Notes: generated from the letters alone by a model not told the origin. 53,485 bases of DNA from Eubacteriales bacterium (GCA_045531285.1 JAZSDT010000176.1:1-53485), one strand, 5' to 3'. Numbered from the stretch's first letter, positions 8,723 to 19,260 are shown. Made by a program: numbers and translations.

Positions 8723-10135
8723 TTATATTAATTTATCTGCTAACGTAAGCACGTATTCGAGTTTGCCCATAAACAGCTTATCGTCCTCGTACCGTCTGGT
8801 ATTCCAGGTACGTGCCGACAATGCGGCAAGATTGCGCTTAACCCTTGGTTGCTCCTGCTCAAAGGTGCATTCCCAAGACAGGAAGATACCGCCTTTTACC
8901 TGCGGAGTCTTTGGCAAATGGATAGGATTGAGTCTCGCCTCGGATTTTACCCAGAAATGATACCAATCGTAAATACTCCATGCCATTATTTCCTCCGGAG
9001 TCCAGCCATTCGACGGAGTGATATACATAGGCTTCCAAGAACCGTTGAGTATATTGAAGCCCTCCTCAACAAGCTCGTTTGCAAAATGATAATATGATTC
9101 CCAAGCCACAACGAGAATGTCACGGGAAAGCTGTTCTGCTCCTTCCTTGGGGAAGCCCTCCCATACTATAGGAGTGATTCCCTTTGAAAGCACAAGGTTG
9201 GTCATAAGCTTTATGAAGTGTGTGTACAGTGCCTTTACACCGTCAATGCCATTCTCCTCCATATATCCAAGGCAAAGGGGGCACTTGCTCCAACGGTCAA
9301 TTGTCGCCTCATCTCCACCAATATGAAGATAACGTGAGTTCGGGAACATTTCAATTATCTCGTCAACAAGAGTGTTGAGGGTATCCATTATTCCCTTTCT
9401 GCCAACACACATAATCGATTCATACTTAGGCGGCTCGGCGCCGTCTATAATCTCACAGGCAAAAAGCTCGGGGTATGCTTCAACAACAGCCTTGGAATGT
9501 CCGGGAGTTTCCATTTCGGGAATTATTTCAACACCTCTTGCAAGTGCGTAGCTATTCAGCTGGGCTATCTGCTCAAAGGTGTAGTGTCTGCCCTCTGTAG
9601 AAAGCTTTGGAAGAACTCGTGAGGGAAGAGTATAGCTCTGGTTATCTATAAAATGAAGATGTAAAAACTTTACCTTGTACAAATAACAAAGGTCAACGTA
9701 TTTGAGAAGTATATCAAACTCGTGCCACTGGCGTGCGATGTCCAGCATAAATGAACGGTATTCGCAATCGGGATAGTCAGATATTGTCACCTTGGGTAGA
9801 GTGCACTCGTCCGTTACCATCTGAACAAGAGTTGCCAGAGCATAGTTCATACCGTCTGAATCTCCGGCTACGATTTTTATGCAGTCATCAACCTCTAATA
9901 TATATTCGCCCTTTTTCATAAGCTTATCAAGCGCGAGTGTTATACCACCCTCACCGTTTTCGAGCTCTATTCCGTGAATCTTTTTGATAAAATAAGCAAA
10001 GGTATCAGCACACATCTGACATTCCTGCGATGCCATTATTTTTGCTTTAAACGGCACGTATTCAAAATTACCTTCAGCATCTGCTCCAATCACTTTTTTG
10101 GGCATGGGTATTACCTTCAAAGTAGTTGCTTCCAT
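8723..10135 (-). CDS. GH20 beta-N-acetylhexosaminidase
   Basis: DYPDCEYRSFMLDIAR, IIPEMETPGH and LHIGGDEA. Confidence 0.92.
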   Translation of the reverse strand: MEATTLKVIPMPKKVIGADAEGNFEYVPFKAKIMASQECQMCADTFAYFIKKIHGIELENGEGGITLALDKLMKKGEYILEVDDCIKIVAGDSDGMNYALATLVQMVTDECTLPKVTISDYPDCEYRSFMLDIARQWHEFDILLKYVDLCYLYKVKFLHLHFIDNQSYTLPSRVLPKLSTEGRHYTFEQIAQLNSYALARGVEIIPEMETPGHSKAVVEAYPELFACEIIDGAEPPKYESIMCVGRKGIMDTLNTLVDEIIEMFPNSRYLHIGGDEATIDRWSKCPLCLGYMEENGIDGVKALYTHFIKLMTNLVLSKGITPIVWEGFPKEGAEQLSRDILVVAWESYYHFANELVEEGFNILNGSWKPMYITPSNGWTPEEIMAWSIYDWYHFWVKSEARLNPIHLPKTPQVKGGIFLSWECTFEQEQPRVKRNLAALSARTWNTRRYEDDKLFMGKLEYVLTLADKLI

Positions 10136-10150
10136 ATTAATCCTCCAAAA

Positions 10151-10957
10151 TTATTTCCATTTTTTGTAAAGTATTCTTGTTCTGCCTTTTTTTGATACTC
10201 CGTCTATTTTTTCCAGCTGTGCCCTTCCCTTTGAACGAAAGGATATCTTGTCACCTTCCAAAACAGTGGCGTCGGTTTTCTTTGCCGTGCTTCCGTTCAC
10301 TGCTATCAGCCCTGCTTCTATTGCCTGTACAGCAATAGACCGTGAGGTTGAAAAAAGAGAAGCAACAACTGCATCCAGTCTTAGGGACGCTACGGTATCA
10401 AAGCATTCTTCGAAGTCTTCCTTTTTGTCTATTTCAATCTTTTCATAGACCGTCAGGCTAACGGGATAACGTCCTATTTTACACAGGCTTTCTTTTATAA
10501 ATGCGGAAATAGCCTCCTTAACGACAAAAACCGCTCCATTGGCATCAACGAGTATATCGCCAACCGAATCACGCTCAATGCCAAGTCCCATAAGTGAGCC
10601 CAGCACGTCACGATGTGAAATTTCGGCGTTTTTATTGAATTTATCAAGCTCTGCCTTTATAAATACTATTTGGGCAAGAGAAGGTGTGGAAGCTATTGTT
10701 TCCTCCGGACAATAGTCGGTAAAAAATACAGGGCAGGTACGCTCCGCATTATCATAACCTCCAAAGAAGAAGCAGTTCTTGTATCCTGCTTTATTCAGCA
10801 TTTCAAATGCTCTCATCCTGAGGGAATCCGACACAAAGTTGCCCGATTCAATCGTAGAGCGAGACCAGCTTCGCTCGGCAAGGTCAAGAAAATGAGACAG
10901 TACGGTTTTTTCGTCGCCGCTTTCGGCGTAATGAGCTATAAGTGAGTTTTTATCCAT
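10151..10957 (-). CDS. ylmH: YlmH/Sll1252 family S4-domain RNA-binding protein
   Basis: FGGYDNAER, HRDVLGSLMGLGIERDSVGDI, VASLRLDAVV and GVSKKGR. Confidence 0.88.
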   Translation of the reverse strand: MDKNSLIAHYAESGDEKTVLSHFLDLAERSWSRSTIESGNFVSDSLRMRAFEMLNKAGYKNCFFFGGYDNAERTCPVFFTDYCPEETIASTPSLAQIVFIKAELDKFNKNAEISHRDVLGSLMGLGIERDSVGDILVDANGAVFVVKEAISAFIKESLCKIGRYPVSLTVYEKIEIDKKEDFEECFDTVASLRLDAVVASLFSTSRSIAVQAIEAGLIAVNGSTAKKTDATVLEGDKISFRSKGRAQLEKIDGVSKKGRTRILYKKWK

Positions 10958-11099
10958 TTTGTTCTCCGTTGTTTATACACCTATTATATACTAAAAATGT
11001 CTCAAAATCAATATTTTTCAAAATTTTATATTGACTTGTCAAAAACAATGTGTTACCATATATGTAAGCGATTACAAAACGTATTAAAGAGGTATTTTT

Positions 11100-12242
11100 A
11101 TGAAAATTATTTTTACAGGTGACGTTAATTTCAGATTACAGGAAAATATTACATACAAGGACTCGATTAAGGTCCTTGAAGGTGTTTCTCCCTATTTCGA
11201 CCGGGCGGATTTCAGAATTGTAAATCTTGAATGTCCCCTTGCCGACGGTGATTTTGAGCCGATAAAAAAGAGCGGACCCAATCTTATCTCGCCTTCCTCC
11301 TGCATTTGTTTCCTTGAGGCGGGCAAAATTGACGGTGTAACTCTTGCCAACAATCATATGGGCGACTACGGCGAACAACCTGTAATAGACACAATAAAGC
11401 TTCTTGACGAGCACGGTATTAAGCACAGCGGCGCAGGAACCAATCTTGACAACGCTTATGAAGCGATGTACTTCGAAAAGAACGGCGTCAAGGTTGCCGT
11501 TATTTCTGCCTGCGAAAATGAATTCGGTATTGCAGAATACGAAAAATGCGGTGCGGCAGGTCTGCGTATGGGAAAAATGTTCAATGCCATAAAGCACGAA
11601 AAGGAAATTGCAGATCTTGTTATAGTTGCATTTCACGGAGGTAACGAGCAAAACCCCCTTCCGTCGCCCGGTGCTGTGGAGAGATACCGCCTTTTTTGTG
11701 ATTTCGGTGCCGATGCTGTCATTGCAGGTCATACTCACTGTCCTCAGCCTGCTGAATACTATAACGGCAAACCTATTATTTACAGTATGGGCAATTTCTT
11801 CTTTGATGCAAAGGCAGCTCCTCAGGACGACCCTTGGTTTTACGGCTACATAGTAATGCTTGATATAACAAAAGGCAGCGGTATAAAATATGAGCTGATT
11901 CCGTACAGAGCAGAAGAGCACGTTTCAAGAATACGTGTGTTTGAAGGTGAAGAAAAACAGAAAATGCTGGAGTATCTCCACCGACTTGCAGAAATTATCA
12001 AGGACGAAAGAGCGCTCCTCAATTATTACAAGGGTTGGTGCCCTCATATGGATACGTATTATCCCGATAATCCCTTTACCGAAGAAGGAAAGGACCGTAT
12101 TCACCGTTCAAAGAATTTAATAAGCTGTGAGGCACACCGTGAGCTTGCAACCATGAACTTTAATATTATGATAAACGGTGAGCAAGCCTTTGCCGCAGAA
12201 TATTGGGAAAAGCTTCAAAAATTGATGATTATGCCCGTTTAA
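11100..12242 (+). CDS. CapA/PgsA family metallophosphoesterase (paralog 1)
   Basis: FTGDVN, VNLECP, LANNHMGDYG, FHGGNE, AGHTHCPQ and YSMGNF. Confidence 0.88.
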   Translation: MKIIFTGDVNFRLQENITYKDSIKVLEGVSPYFDRADFRIVNLECPLADGDFEPIKKSGPNLISPSSCICFLEAGKIDGVTLANNHMGDYGEQPVIDTIKLLDEHGIKHSGAGTNLDNAYEAMYFEKNGVKVAVISACENEFGIAEYEKCGAAGLRMGKMFNAIKHEKEIADLVIVAFHGGNEQNPLPSPGAVERYRLFCDFGADAVIAGHTHCPQPAEYYNGKPIIYSMGNFFFDAKAAPQDDPWFYGYIVMLDITKGSGIKYELIPYRAEEHVSRIRVFEGEEKQKMLEYLHRLAEIIKDERALLNYYKGWCPHMDTYYPDNPFTEEGKDRIHRSKNLISCEAHRELATMNFNIMINGEQAFAAEYWEKLQKLMIMPV

Positions 12243-12253
12243 TTAATCTCCCG

Positions 12254-12292
12254 GTAAACAAAAAAGAGAGCGAACGCTCTCTTTTTGTTTAC
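12254..12292. terminator. Bidirectional terminator
   Basis: GTAAACAAAAAAGAGAGCG-AA-CGCTCTCTTTTTGTTTAC. Confidence 0.85.
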
Positions 12293-12303
12293 GTATATAT
12301 TGC

Positions 12304-13167
12304 TTATGCCTTGTTTGCAGAACCGAAAAGTGTTATCTTTTCGCGAACTGTTTCCTTTATTGCCTCTACGCCGGGGGCGAGAAGCTTTCTGGGGTCAAAG
12401 CCCTTGCCTTCAAGGTCCTTGCCTGCTTCGATATATTTTCTTGTTGCCTCGGCAAATGCGAGCTGGCACTCTGTATTAACGTTGATCTTTGAAACTCCCA
12501 GGTCAATAGCCTTCTTTATCATTTCTGCAGGAATACCTGTACCGCCGTGAAGAACGAGAGGCATTGCACCAACCTTATTGTTTATAGCTTCAAGAGTGTC
12601 AAAGCTGAGACCTGCCCAGTTTGCAGGATACTTACCATGGATATTACCGATACCTGCCGCAAGCATTGTAACGCCAAGATCTGCAATCATCTTACATTCT
12701 TCGGGGTCAGCAACCTCACCGCCGCCTACAACACCGTCTTCCTCGCCGCCGATTGCGCCAACCTCTGCCTCAAGAGAGAGACCAAGCTTGTTACAAACCT
12801 CAACAAGTTCCTTTGTCTTTGCGATGTTCTCCTCGATGGGATAGTGTGAACCGTCGAACATTACGGAAGAGAAGCCTGCCTCAATGCACTTGTAAGCCGC
12901 CTCGTATGAGCCGTGGTCAAGATGAACAGCAACGGGAACAGTGATATTAAGTGTTTCTATCATTCCCTTTACCATAGCAACAACTGTATTGAAGCCGCAC
13001 ATATACTTGCCTGCGCCCTCTGATACACCAAGAATAACAGGCGACTTCATCTCCTCTGCTGTGAGAAGGATAGCCTTTGTCCATTCAAGGTTGTTGATAT
13101 TGAACTGACCTACTGCATAGTGACCTGCTTTTGCTTTATTGAGCATTTCCTTTGCCGATACTAACAT
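12304..13167 (-). CDS. fba: Class II fructose-1,6-bisphosphate aldolase
   Basis: HLDHG, SSVMFDGSH, GNIHG, LVLHGGTG, KINVNTE and GFDPRK. Confidence 0.96.
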   Translation of the reverse strand: MLVSAKEMLNKAKAGHYAVGQFNINNLEWTKAILLTAEEMKSPVILGVSEGAGKYMCGFNTVVAMVKGMIETLNITVPVAVHLDHGSYEAAYKCIEAGFSSVMFDGSHYPIEENIAKTKELVEVCNKLGLSLEAEVGAIGGEEDGVVGGGEVADPEECKMIADLGVTMLAAGIGNIHGKYPANWAGLSFDTLEAINNKVGAMPLVLHGGTGIPAEMIKKAIDLGVSKINVNTECQLAFAEATRKYIEAGKDLEGKGFDPRKLLAPGVEAIKETVREKITLFGSANKA

Positions 13168-13228
13168 GTTTTTATCTCCTTAATTTTTAATTACATAATA
13201 TTATACAATAAAAACAGAAAAAAATCAA

Positions 13229-13975
13229 CTATTTAGCCAATATAAATTCTGTATTATTGTATTCTTTTTTTAATTTTGATTTCAAATCAAAATCTGCAAT
13301 GACTCCGTTCACCTGAGATAAGTCGCAAAGTGAAAGACTTCCTTTTCCGTGAAGCTTCTCCTTATCAAGCAAATAATAGACCCTCTCGGTGTTTTCCATC
13401 ATTGTCAGATGCATAAGATAGTAGGTATCGGAAGAAATTATGGCACCTGTATCGCTCAATCCGCCGGTGGAAAAAAACATCTTATCGGCGTGGAGCTTTT
13501 TTGCACATTCCACCGTCTGCACGCCCGACAGCATAGAGGGAGCCTCCACTATTGTTCCGCCAAGACAAATGACTTTTATTCCCAAATCACCCAGATATAT
13601 TGCCAATGCCATATTGTTTGTAATTACGGTTATATCCTTCTTTCCTTCCAGATAATGACCTATGTACTGCGTAGTAGTGGAAGCGTCGATAAACAGAGTG
13701 TCTCCGTCCTCGATAAGCTCCGCCGCTCTCTTGGCAACCTTCATTTTTGACGATTTCATCTTATGATAACGAAACACCAAAGGAGTGCTGTGTTTTTCCT
13801 CCAGCTCAACTCCGCCGTAGCTGCGCTTCACAAGCTTTCTTGCCTCAAGCAAAGCAAGGTCTCTGCTTATTGTTGCGTTGCTGTAATGCAGCTCTTCGGT
13901 AAGATACTTCACCGTGGTGTATCCGTTCTTTCTTAATATATCCAGTATACGTTCAAGTCTTTCGCTTTGGTACAT
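13229..13975 (-). CDS. DeoR/GlpR family transcriptional regulator
   Basis: N-terminal HTH (SNATISRDL...RSYGG), FIDASTT and VITNN. Confidence 0.92.
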   Translation of the reverse strand: MYQSERLERILDILRKNGYTTVKYLTEELHYSNATISRDLALLEARKLVKRSYGGVELEEKHSTPLVFRYHKMKSSKMKVAKRAAELIEDGDTLFIDASTTTQYIGHYLEGKKDITVITNNMALAIYLGDLGIKVICLGGTIVEAPSMLSGVQTVECAKKLHADKMFFSTGGLSDTGAIISSDTYYLMHLTMMENTERVYYLLDKEKLHGKGSLSLCDLSQVNGVIADFDLKSKLKKEYNNTEFILAK

Positions 13976-14089
13976 ATTGCCTCCGTGATAAATGTTGAGA
14001 ATTTATAAAAAATATCTCCACATATTGCAAAATTTATAATTACTATTATAATATAATTGAAAAAATAATTTTTGTCAAGCGGAGATAAA

Positions 14090-15415
14090 ATGAAAGATCT
14101 AACATCCGGAAACATATACAAAAATTTTATACTGTTTGCCATACCAATGGTACTGTCGGGAATGCTGTCCCAGGCATATTCTACTATCGATACAGTTATA
14201 GCAGGCAAGTTCATAGGAGATTCGGCTCTTGCCGCAATAGGCGCCACCTCGCCCCTTATTACCTTTATTTCGTCAATGTTCTGGGGCTTTGGCGTTGGTT
14301 TTTCCGTATACGTCGCAAGGCTTTTCGGGGCAGGCGAATACAAGAGAATAAAAAGTGTAATATATTCGTGCATTATTGTAGTGTTCTGTGTAATTGTCAG
14401 TGTATCGGCACTGCTGATTATTTTCAGAAAGCCTATTTTTTCTCTGTTTAATATTGAGTATCAGTTGGAAACCGTTAAATATTTCGTTTGCTACATGGCG
14501 GGCTTCATATTCATTATCCTGACGTCGTATGGTGTATTTCTTACAAACGCTTTGGGCATTGGCTCTTTTCCGTTTGTTATGTCTGTTCTTTCTGCTGCGC
14601 TCAACGTATCGGGAAATCTGCTTGCCGTAATAGTTCTGGATTGGGGTGTGCTCGGTTTGGCGCTGTCTTCGGTAATTGCCGCAATTGTAGTATGTATATG
14701 CTACGTATTCAAATTTAAAAAGTGCTTTACCGAAATGGGCGTGCTGAAGGAAAAGGTTTCATTTGATTCCAACGGTCTTATTTGTTCCACAAGATATGCT
14801 CTTCCAAATATGTTCCAGCAAATGACAATGTACGCCGCAGGTATGATAATATCACCTATGATAAACGGAATGGGCGCCACGGCAACTGCGGCATATACCG
14901 TAGCTCATAAGGCATATGACATAAATGCATCAGTATATCAGAATTCTTCCAAAACCTTATCAAACTACACGTCTCAGGCATGCGGCGCAGGAAAATACCA
15001 CCTGTTGAAAAAAGGTATCAAAGTAGGTGCCGTTCAAGCCCTGGCTTTTGCTCTTCCTTTTGTTCTCACGTGTGCAATTTTCCCTCGGTTTATATCAAGC
15101 TTATTCTTTGACAGCAATGCCGATCCTTTGTCCGTGGAATACGCTGTGACGTTTATGTCAAAATTCCTTCCGTTTATTTTGATAAACGTCTTTGCCAATT
15201 TGTTTCACTCATATTTCAGAGGACTGGGAGAAAAAGCTCCTCTTATGGTGTCCACTCTGTGCGGTTCTGTTACCAGAATTTTCGTGTCACTTGCTCTTAT
15301 TCCTTCTATGGGAATGATAGGAATGTATATCGGATGGGTTTGTGCGTGGGTATCGGATGCTTTGGTTTGTCTGCTGTTCTACGTTTTCAAGCAAAAAGCG
15401 GCTAGCAGCCGCTAG
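14090..15415 (+). CDS. MATE family efflux transporter
   Basis: MKDLTSG...FAIPMVLSGMLSQAYSTIDTVIAGKFIG...ALAAIG and ~12 hydrophobic segments. The stop codon lies inside repeat copy B. Confidence 0.9.
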   Translation: MKDLTSGNIYKNFILFAIPMVLSGMLSQAYSTIDTVIAGKFIGDSALAAIGATSPLITFISSMFWGFGVGFSVYVARLFGAGEYKRIKSVIYSCIIVVFCVIVSVSALLIIFRKPIFSLFNIEYQLETVKYFVCYMAGFIFIILTSYGVFLTNALGIGSFPFVMSVLSAALNVSGNLLAVIVLDWGVLGLALSSVIAAIVVCICYVFKFKKCFTEMGVLKEKVSFDSNGLICSTRYALPNMFQQMTMYAAGMIISPMINGMGATATAAYTVAHKAYDINASVYQNSSKTLSNYTSQACGAGKYHLLKKGIKVGAVQALAFALPFVLTCAIFPRFISSLFFDSNADPLSVEYAVTFMSKFLPFILINVFANLFHSYFRGLGEKAPLMVSTLCGSVTRIFVSLALIPSMGMIGMYIGWVCAWVSDALVCLLFYVFKQKAASSR

Positions 15416-15497
15416 CAATTCTCGCCTATCCCGAGCTTTGAATATGTTCAAAAAAGTGAAACGGCGAGGTTGATTTAATGCAATTTCCTAGCATATA
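15398..15497 (+). repeat. Structured intergenic repeat, copy B
   Basis: GCGGCTAGCAGCCGC-TAGCAATT-CTCGCC-TATC-[28 nt]-AAAC-GGCGAG-GTTGATTTAATGCAATTTCCTAGCATAT. Confidence 0.92.
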
Positions 15498-15535
15498 AAA
15501 AAATTATGGCAAGGAACTCCTTGCCATAATTTTTT
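15497..15535. terminator. Bidirectional terminator
   Basis: AAAAAATTATGGCAAGGA-AC-TCCTTGCCATAATTTTTT. Confidence 0.88.
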
Positions 15536-15539
15536 ATTA

Positions 15540-17306
15540 TCAGTCGATTGAATAAATGTATTTCTCGGGGTTAACTCTTTCACCGTCTTCGTATACCTCG
15601 AAGTGACAGTGATAACCTGTTGAATTACCTGTAGAACCAACAAGACCTATTTTGTCTGCCTGAGATACTGTATCTCCCGTCTCAACAAGCAATTCTGAGC
15701 AGTGAGCATAAAGTGTAACCAATCCGTCCTCGTGACGAATCTTTATGTGATTTCCGTACGACTGGCTGTATCCTGCATAGATTACCTCACCGGAAGCTGC
15801 TGCATATATGGATGTGCCCTTCCATGCCGCAAGGTCAAGACCTTCGTGGAAATCGCTTCTTCCTCTGAGAACACGCCAACCGAAACGGCTGGAAACGGAT
15901 GCCGCAGGAACAGGGTTTATCATATACTTACCGCCGTGCTCCTTGGGTGACATTCTTTCGGGGACAGCTCTCGTTCCCGATATTATAATACAGGTGCGAG
16001 GCTCTCTTATTATATTCTGTTCTACAAGCACGCGTCCGGCTTCTTCGCCCTCTACGTACTTAACCTTGTAGGTGTTATCTGCTGTTCCGTTTCTGCCTGC
16101 AACACGTACTATCTCCTGACCCTCATAATAGGAATCATCCAATATGTACGTAGTTTCATAAGGAACGGATTCTCTTGCGGTTTCCTCGTAGTATACTGCA
16201 AAGTCCAACACTATAGCATCTCTTGAACTACCCGTCATAGCTGATTCCATCATTTCTCTGAACTCGGGAGTTGCCGCTTCGAGAGAAAGGGTTGTCAATG
16301 ACGTCGGCTCGGAAAGAAGTGCTCTGTGCGGTGCTATCTCTTCTGCCTGTACATCCTCAATTGAGAATTTAGAGAGAAGATCTTCCTTTGTCGTTAAAAT
16401 ATCGGGAGAATATTCCTGATACTTTATCTCTATCTTGTTTGCAATATCCTCGTCCTCGCCTGTGAGCTTCATATGCTCACTCTTAACAGTTTCCAAAACC
16501 TCGAGGATGTCATCGCGGTTATCCAATACGGCAATAAGCTCGGAATCAATGTAAAGACCGTAGCCTTCGGCTGTATAGTCATCGGTATATGAATACAACA
16601 CGTCACATACGCCGTTTATATCAAGACACTTGGATTTTCCTGTATTCTTGATTGAATAGGAAATTTCGTAAGGGAAAGAAAACGCCTTTCCTGTTATCAA
16701 CGATATGCCCGAGGTCACACGTTCAAGTGCTTCGTCAACCGTATCAACAGAAGCAACCTCTCCTGCAGCGACTCCGTTTATGGAAAACTCAATAACGGTG
16801 TTCTTTTCGGAATCAGCATAAACGGCTGCAAAAAGAAGTACAGAGCAAGCTACCGCAACACAAGCGGGAACAGCCTTTTTAAGTGTTTTTCTTATATTCT
16901 TCAACGTTACAGCACTGTTGTCAAAGAAGAAGCCCGAACGAACCTTTACAGGCTCAACGCTTCTTGAAAATCTTGACATAACCTTGGCTGCCAGCTCAAG
17001 AAATCTGAGCGTTTTCGTGCGAGTTGCGCGTCTTACTCTTTCTTCCTTCTCCTTGAACCATCCCACAGGATGCGCAAAGAAGCCTTCGCCTACGTTGTTT
17101 ACGTCAACCGTTCTTGAGCAAAACTTGTTTGTCTGACAAATATAAATCGCGTTAAATGCCGAATCAAGCTTTGAAAGACCTGACTGTCTGAACTCCTTGT
17201 AGAGCTTTGCAAAGGTTTGTCTCCTTTTTACAGGACAGACAACGGTGCCCCGACTAATATCTGTCAAAACTTCGACTGATGACTCTTCAATTTTATCCTG
17301 TCCCAT
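15540..17306 (-). CDS. Membrane-anchored M23 family peptidoglycan endopeptidase with G5 domain
   Basis: A transmembrane segment, a G5-like region (VPYET...GRNG...GT), and M23 motifs HEGLD, YGN, YAHC and STGYHCHFEV. Start taken as ATG 17306 after AAAGGGG. Confidence 0.85.
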   Translation of the reverse strand: MGQDKIEESSVEVLTDISRGTVVCPVKRRQTFAKLYKEFRQSGLSKLDSAFNAIYICQTNKFCSRTVDVNNVGEGFFAHPVGWFKEKEERVRRATRTKTLRFLELAAKVMSRFSRSVEPVKVRSGFFFDNSAVTLKNIRKTLKKAVPACVAVACSVLLFAAVYADSEKNTVIEFSINGVAAGEVASVDTVDEALERVTSGISLITGKAFSFPYEISYSIKNTGKSKCLDINGVCDVLYSYTDDYTAEGYGLYIDSELIAVLDNRDDILEVLETVKSEHMKLTGEDEDIANKIEIKYQEYSPDILTTKEDLLSKFSIEDVQAEEIAPHRALLSEPTSLTTLSLEAATPEFREMMESAMTGSSRDAIVLDFAVYYEETARESVPYETTYILDDSYYEGQEIVRVAGRNGTADNTYKVKYVEGEEAGRVLVEQNIIREPRTCIIISGTRAVPERMSPKEHGGKYMINPVPAASVSSRFGWRVLRGRSDFHEGLDLAAWKGTSIYAAASGEVIYAGYSQSYGNHIKIRHEDGLVTLYAHCSELLVETGDTVSQADKIGLVGSTGNSTGYHCHFEVYEDGERVNPEKYIYSID

Positions 17307-17610
17307 CGGTAACACCCCTTTCAAAAAGTTTCCGCTCTTCGCCGAGCATATGCATTTTACCATAAAATCTAAGATAAATCAAATTCAAGCTTTCGCACTT
17401 TTCTTTAAAAAACGACCGATTTTTTTGATTAAATTACTATAACTCGTACAAGAATTACGTTTTTTCGTATATCGTTTGTGTACATTGCTTGTTTTCGAGG
17501 GGATTTTATTCTATGATTTTGGGCATATTGCTAAAACTTTTTCGGAGCTTTCTGAAATGGCGGATATTGTATCAGTCACAAAACATCAATACAAGATGTT
17601 GTGGTCGCCG

Positions 17611-19155
17611 TTATATTTCTGCCACTACAAATGACGCGCCGTTCATCTTCAAGGTATTGCCGTTAAACTGAACGTTTTGTGAAAATACCGTTTTCTTAAT
17701 TTGCGGCACGTCTATTTCAAACGTGCGTGAGGAAGGATTTATGGCTACAAAAACAGCCTTTTCTCCGTCGCGTCTGGTAAATGCAAAGGGATAGCCTGCA
17801 AGCTTGACCTCAAAATCAGCCTCGGCATAAAGGGCGGAATTAGCTCTGTGATACGCTGTAAGCGATTTTACGTAGTTCAAAATTGAGTCGGGGTCATCCT
17901 TCTCGTTTTCAACGGTAGGTGCACCCTCTCTTGCATCTACAGGAAGGTATGGGCTGTCGCTAGGGGAAAAGCCATGGTTTTTAGTGTCGTCCCACTGCAT
18001 AGGTGTTCGAGAGCCTGTACGTGTATACGAGCCTTCTTTGGATGTCAGACCTTCAATATAGTCCATTCCTATTTCGTCGCCGTAATAAACAAAGGGGACT
18101 CCGGGCATTGTGAAAAGGAAGGTAAGCGCACACTTCAATTCCTCTTTAGTTCTTCTGTAAGCAAGTCTCGGAATATCGTGGTTGCCTGTAATGTGACCAA
18201 TGTAGCCTTTTCCTCTTGTTGAAGCAAGGTCCTTTTCAATAACGTCCAGGTATGTATTTACGTTACCCTTGCCGTCAAGGTTAAAATAGCTGTGTCCGGG
18301 GAAAAGCATAGTTGTATTTCTGCCCTCTTCGGCTCTGAAAAGCGAGGTGTAGGCGGGCTGACCGCTGTGAAGATAGAAGTCAAGGTGGAAGCCGGAATCT
18401 ATTGCCTTATCAGGAAAGCCCCATTCGGCAATGAGAAGAGTACCGGGGGCACGCTTTTCCATATGCTCACGCACCTCATGCCAAAAAGCCTTCATATAGC
18501 TTCCATCGGTATCTCCCTTGATAAGAGAAGCCGCCATATCAACTCTGAAAGCATCCGTTCCAAGATCTGTCCAAAAGTCAATTATTTTGATCAGCTCGTT
18601 TTTGGTAGCAATACAGTCGGGGTGGTCTACGGGAAGCTGCCAAGGCTTTGAAGGGTCCGGATGAGCATATCCGTAGTTGAGTGCAGGCTGACACCAGAAG
18701 AAATTTGTCACGTAGTTTGCGTCACGCTCGGCATAGCCCGCAATACCTTCGGTGTTTTCAAAGGTATGGTCTGCCCATATATATCTGTTCGTATATTCGT
18801 TTTTCTCAGCCTTGCAGGACTCTTTAAACCAAGGATGCCCCACAGAGGTGTGTCCTGCCACAAGGTCGAATATAACCTTCATCCCTCTTTCGTGCGCCTT
18901 TTGACAAAGCTCACGGTAGTCCTCGTTGGTGCCGTAACGCTTTGCAACCGAATAAAAATCCACAACGTCGTACCCTGCATCATAATATGTACTTTCGTTG
19001 ATAGGGTTCATCCAGATTACGTTAAAGCCGCAGGACTGTATATAGTCCAGCTTTTCTATAATTCCTCTTAAATCACCTATTCCGTCCGAATTTGTATCGT
19101 AAAAAGACTGAGGATATATCTCGTATACCACAGCATCATTAAGCCAATTAAGCAT
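17611..19155 (-). CDS. GH13 alpha-amylase family glycosidase
   Basis: YEIYPQSF, DLVAGH, and the catalytic regions DAFRVDMA, IAEW and GNHD. Confidence 0.92.
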   Translation of the reverse strand: MLNWLNDAVVYEIYPQSFYDTNSDGIGDLRGIIEKLDYIQSCGFNVIWMNPINESTYYDAGYDVVDFYSVAKRYGTNEDYRELCQKAHERGMKVIFDLVAGHTSVGHPWFKESCKAEKNEYTNRYIWADHTFENTEGIAGYAERDANYVTNFFWCQPALNYGYAHPDPSKPWQLPVDHPDCIATKNELIKIIDFWTDLGTDAFRVDMAASLIKGDTDGSYMKAFWHEVREHMEKRAPGTLLIAEWGFPDKAIDSGFHLDFYLHSGQPAYTSLFRAEEGRNTTMLFPGHSYFNLDGKGNVNTYLDVIEKDLASTRGKGYIGHITGNHDIPRLAYRRTKEELKCALTFLFTMPGVPFVYYGDEIGMDYIEGLTSKEGSYTRTGSRTPMQWDDTKNHGFSPSDSPYLPVDAREGAPTVENEKDDPDSILNYVKSLTAYHRANSALYAEADFEVKLAGYPFAFTRRDGEKAVFVAINPSSRTFEIDVPQIKKTVFSQNVQFNGNTLKMNGASFVVAEI

Positions 19156-19211
19156 ATTTTTTCTCCTTTTTCGTTTTTTTCAGTATAGCATATCCTTTTG
19201 TTTTTTTCAAG

Positions 19212-19240
19212 TTGACAAATGATATTTTATATTATAAAAT
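19212..19240 (+). promoter_or_regulatory. Sigma-A promoter
   Basis: TTGACA-17 nt-TAAAAT upstream of AAGGAG and ATG 19261. Confidence 0.75.
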
Positions 19241-19260
19241 GAAGAAAAGGAGTTGATTGT

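Noticed and set aside
17364-17610. Possible ncRNA or repeat copy in the long gap upstream of the M23 gene
   Set aside because: No repeat motif or convincing stable structure was seen. The gap is explained by a promoter region (minus strand TTGATT-17 nt-TAAAAT near the gene start).
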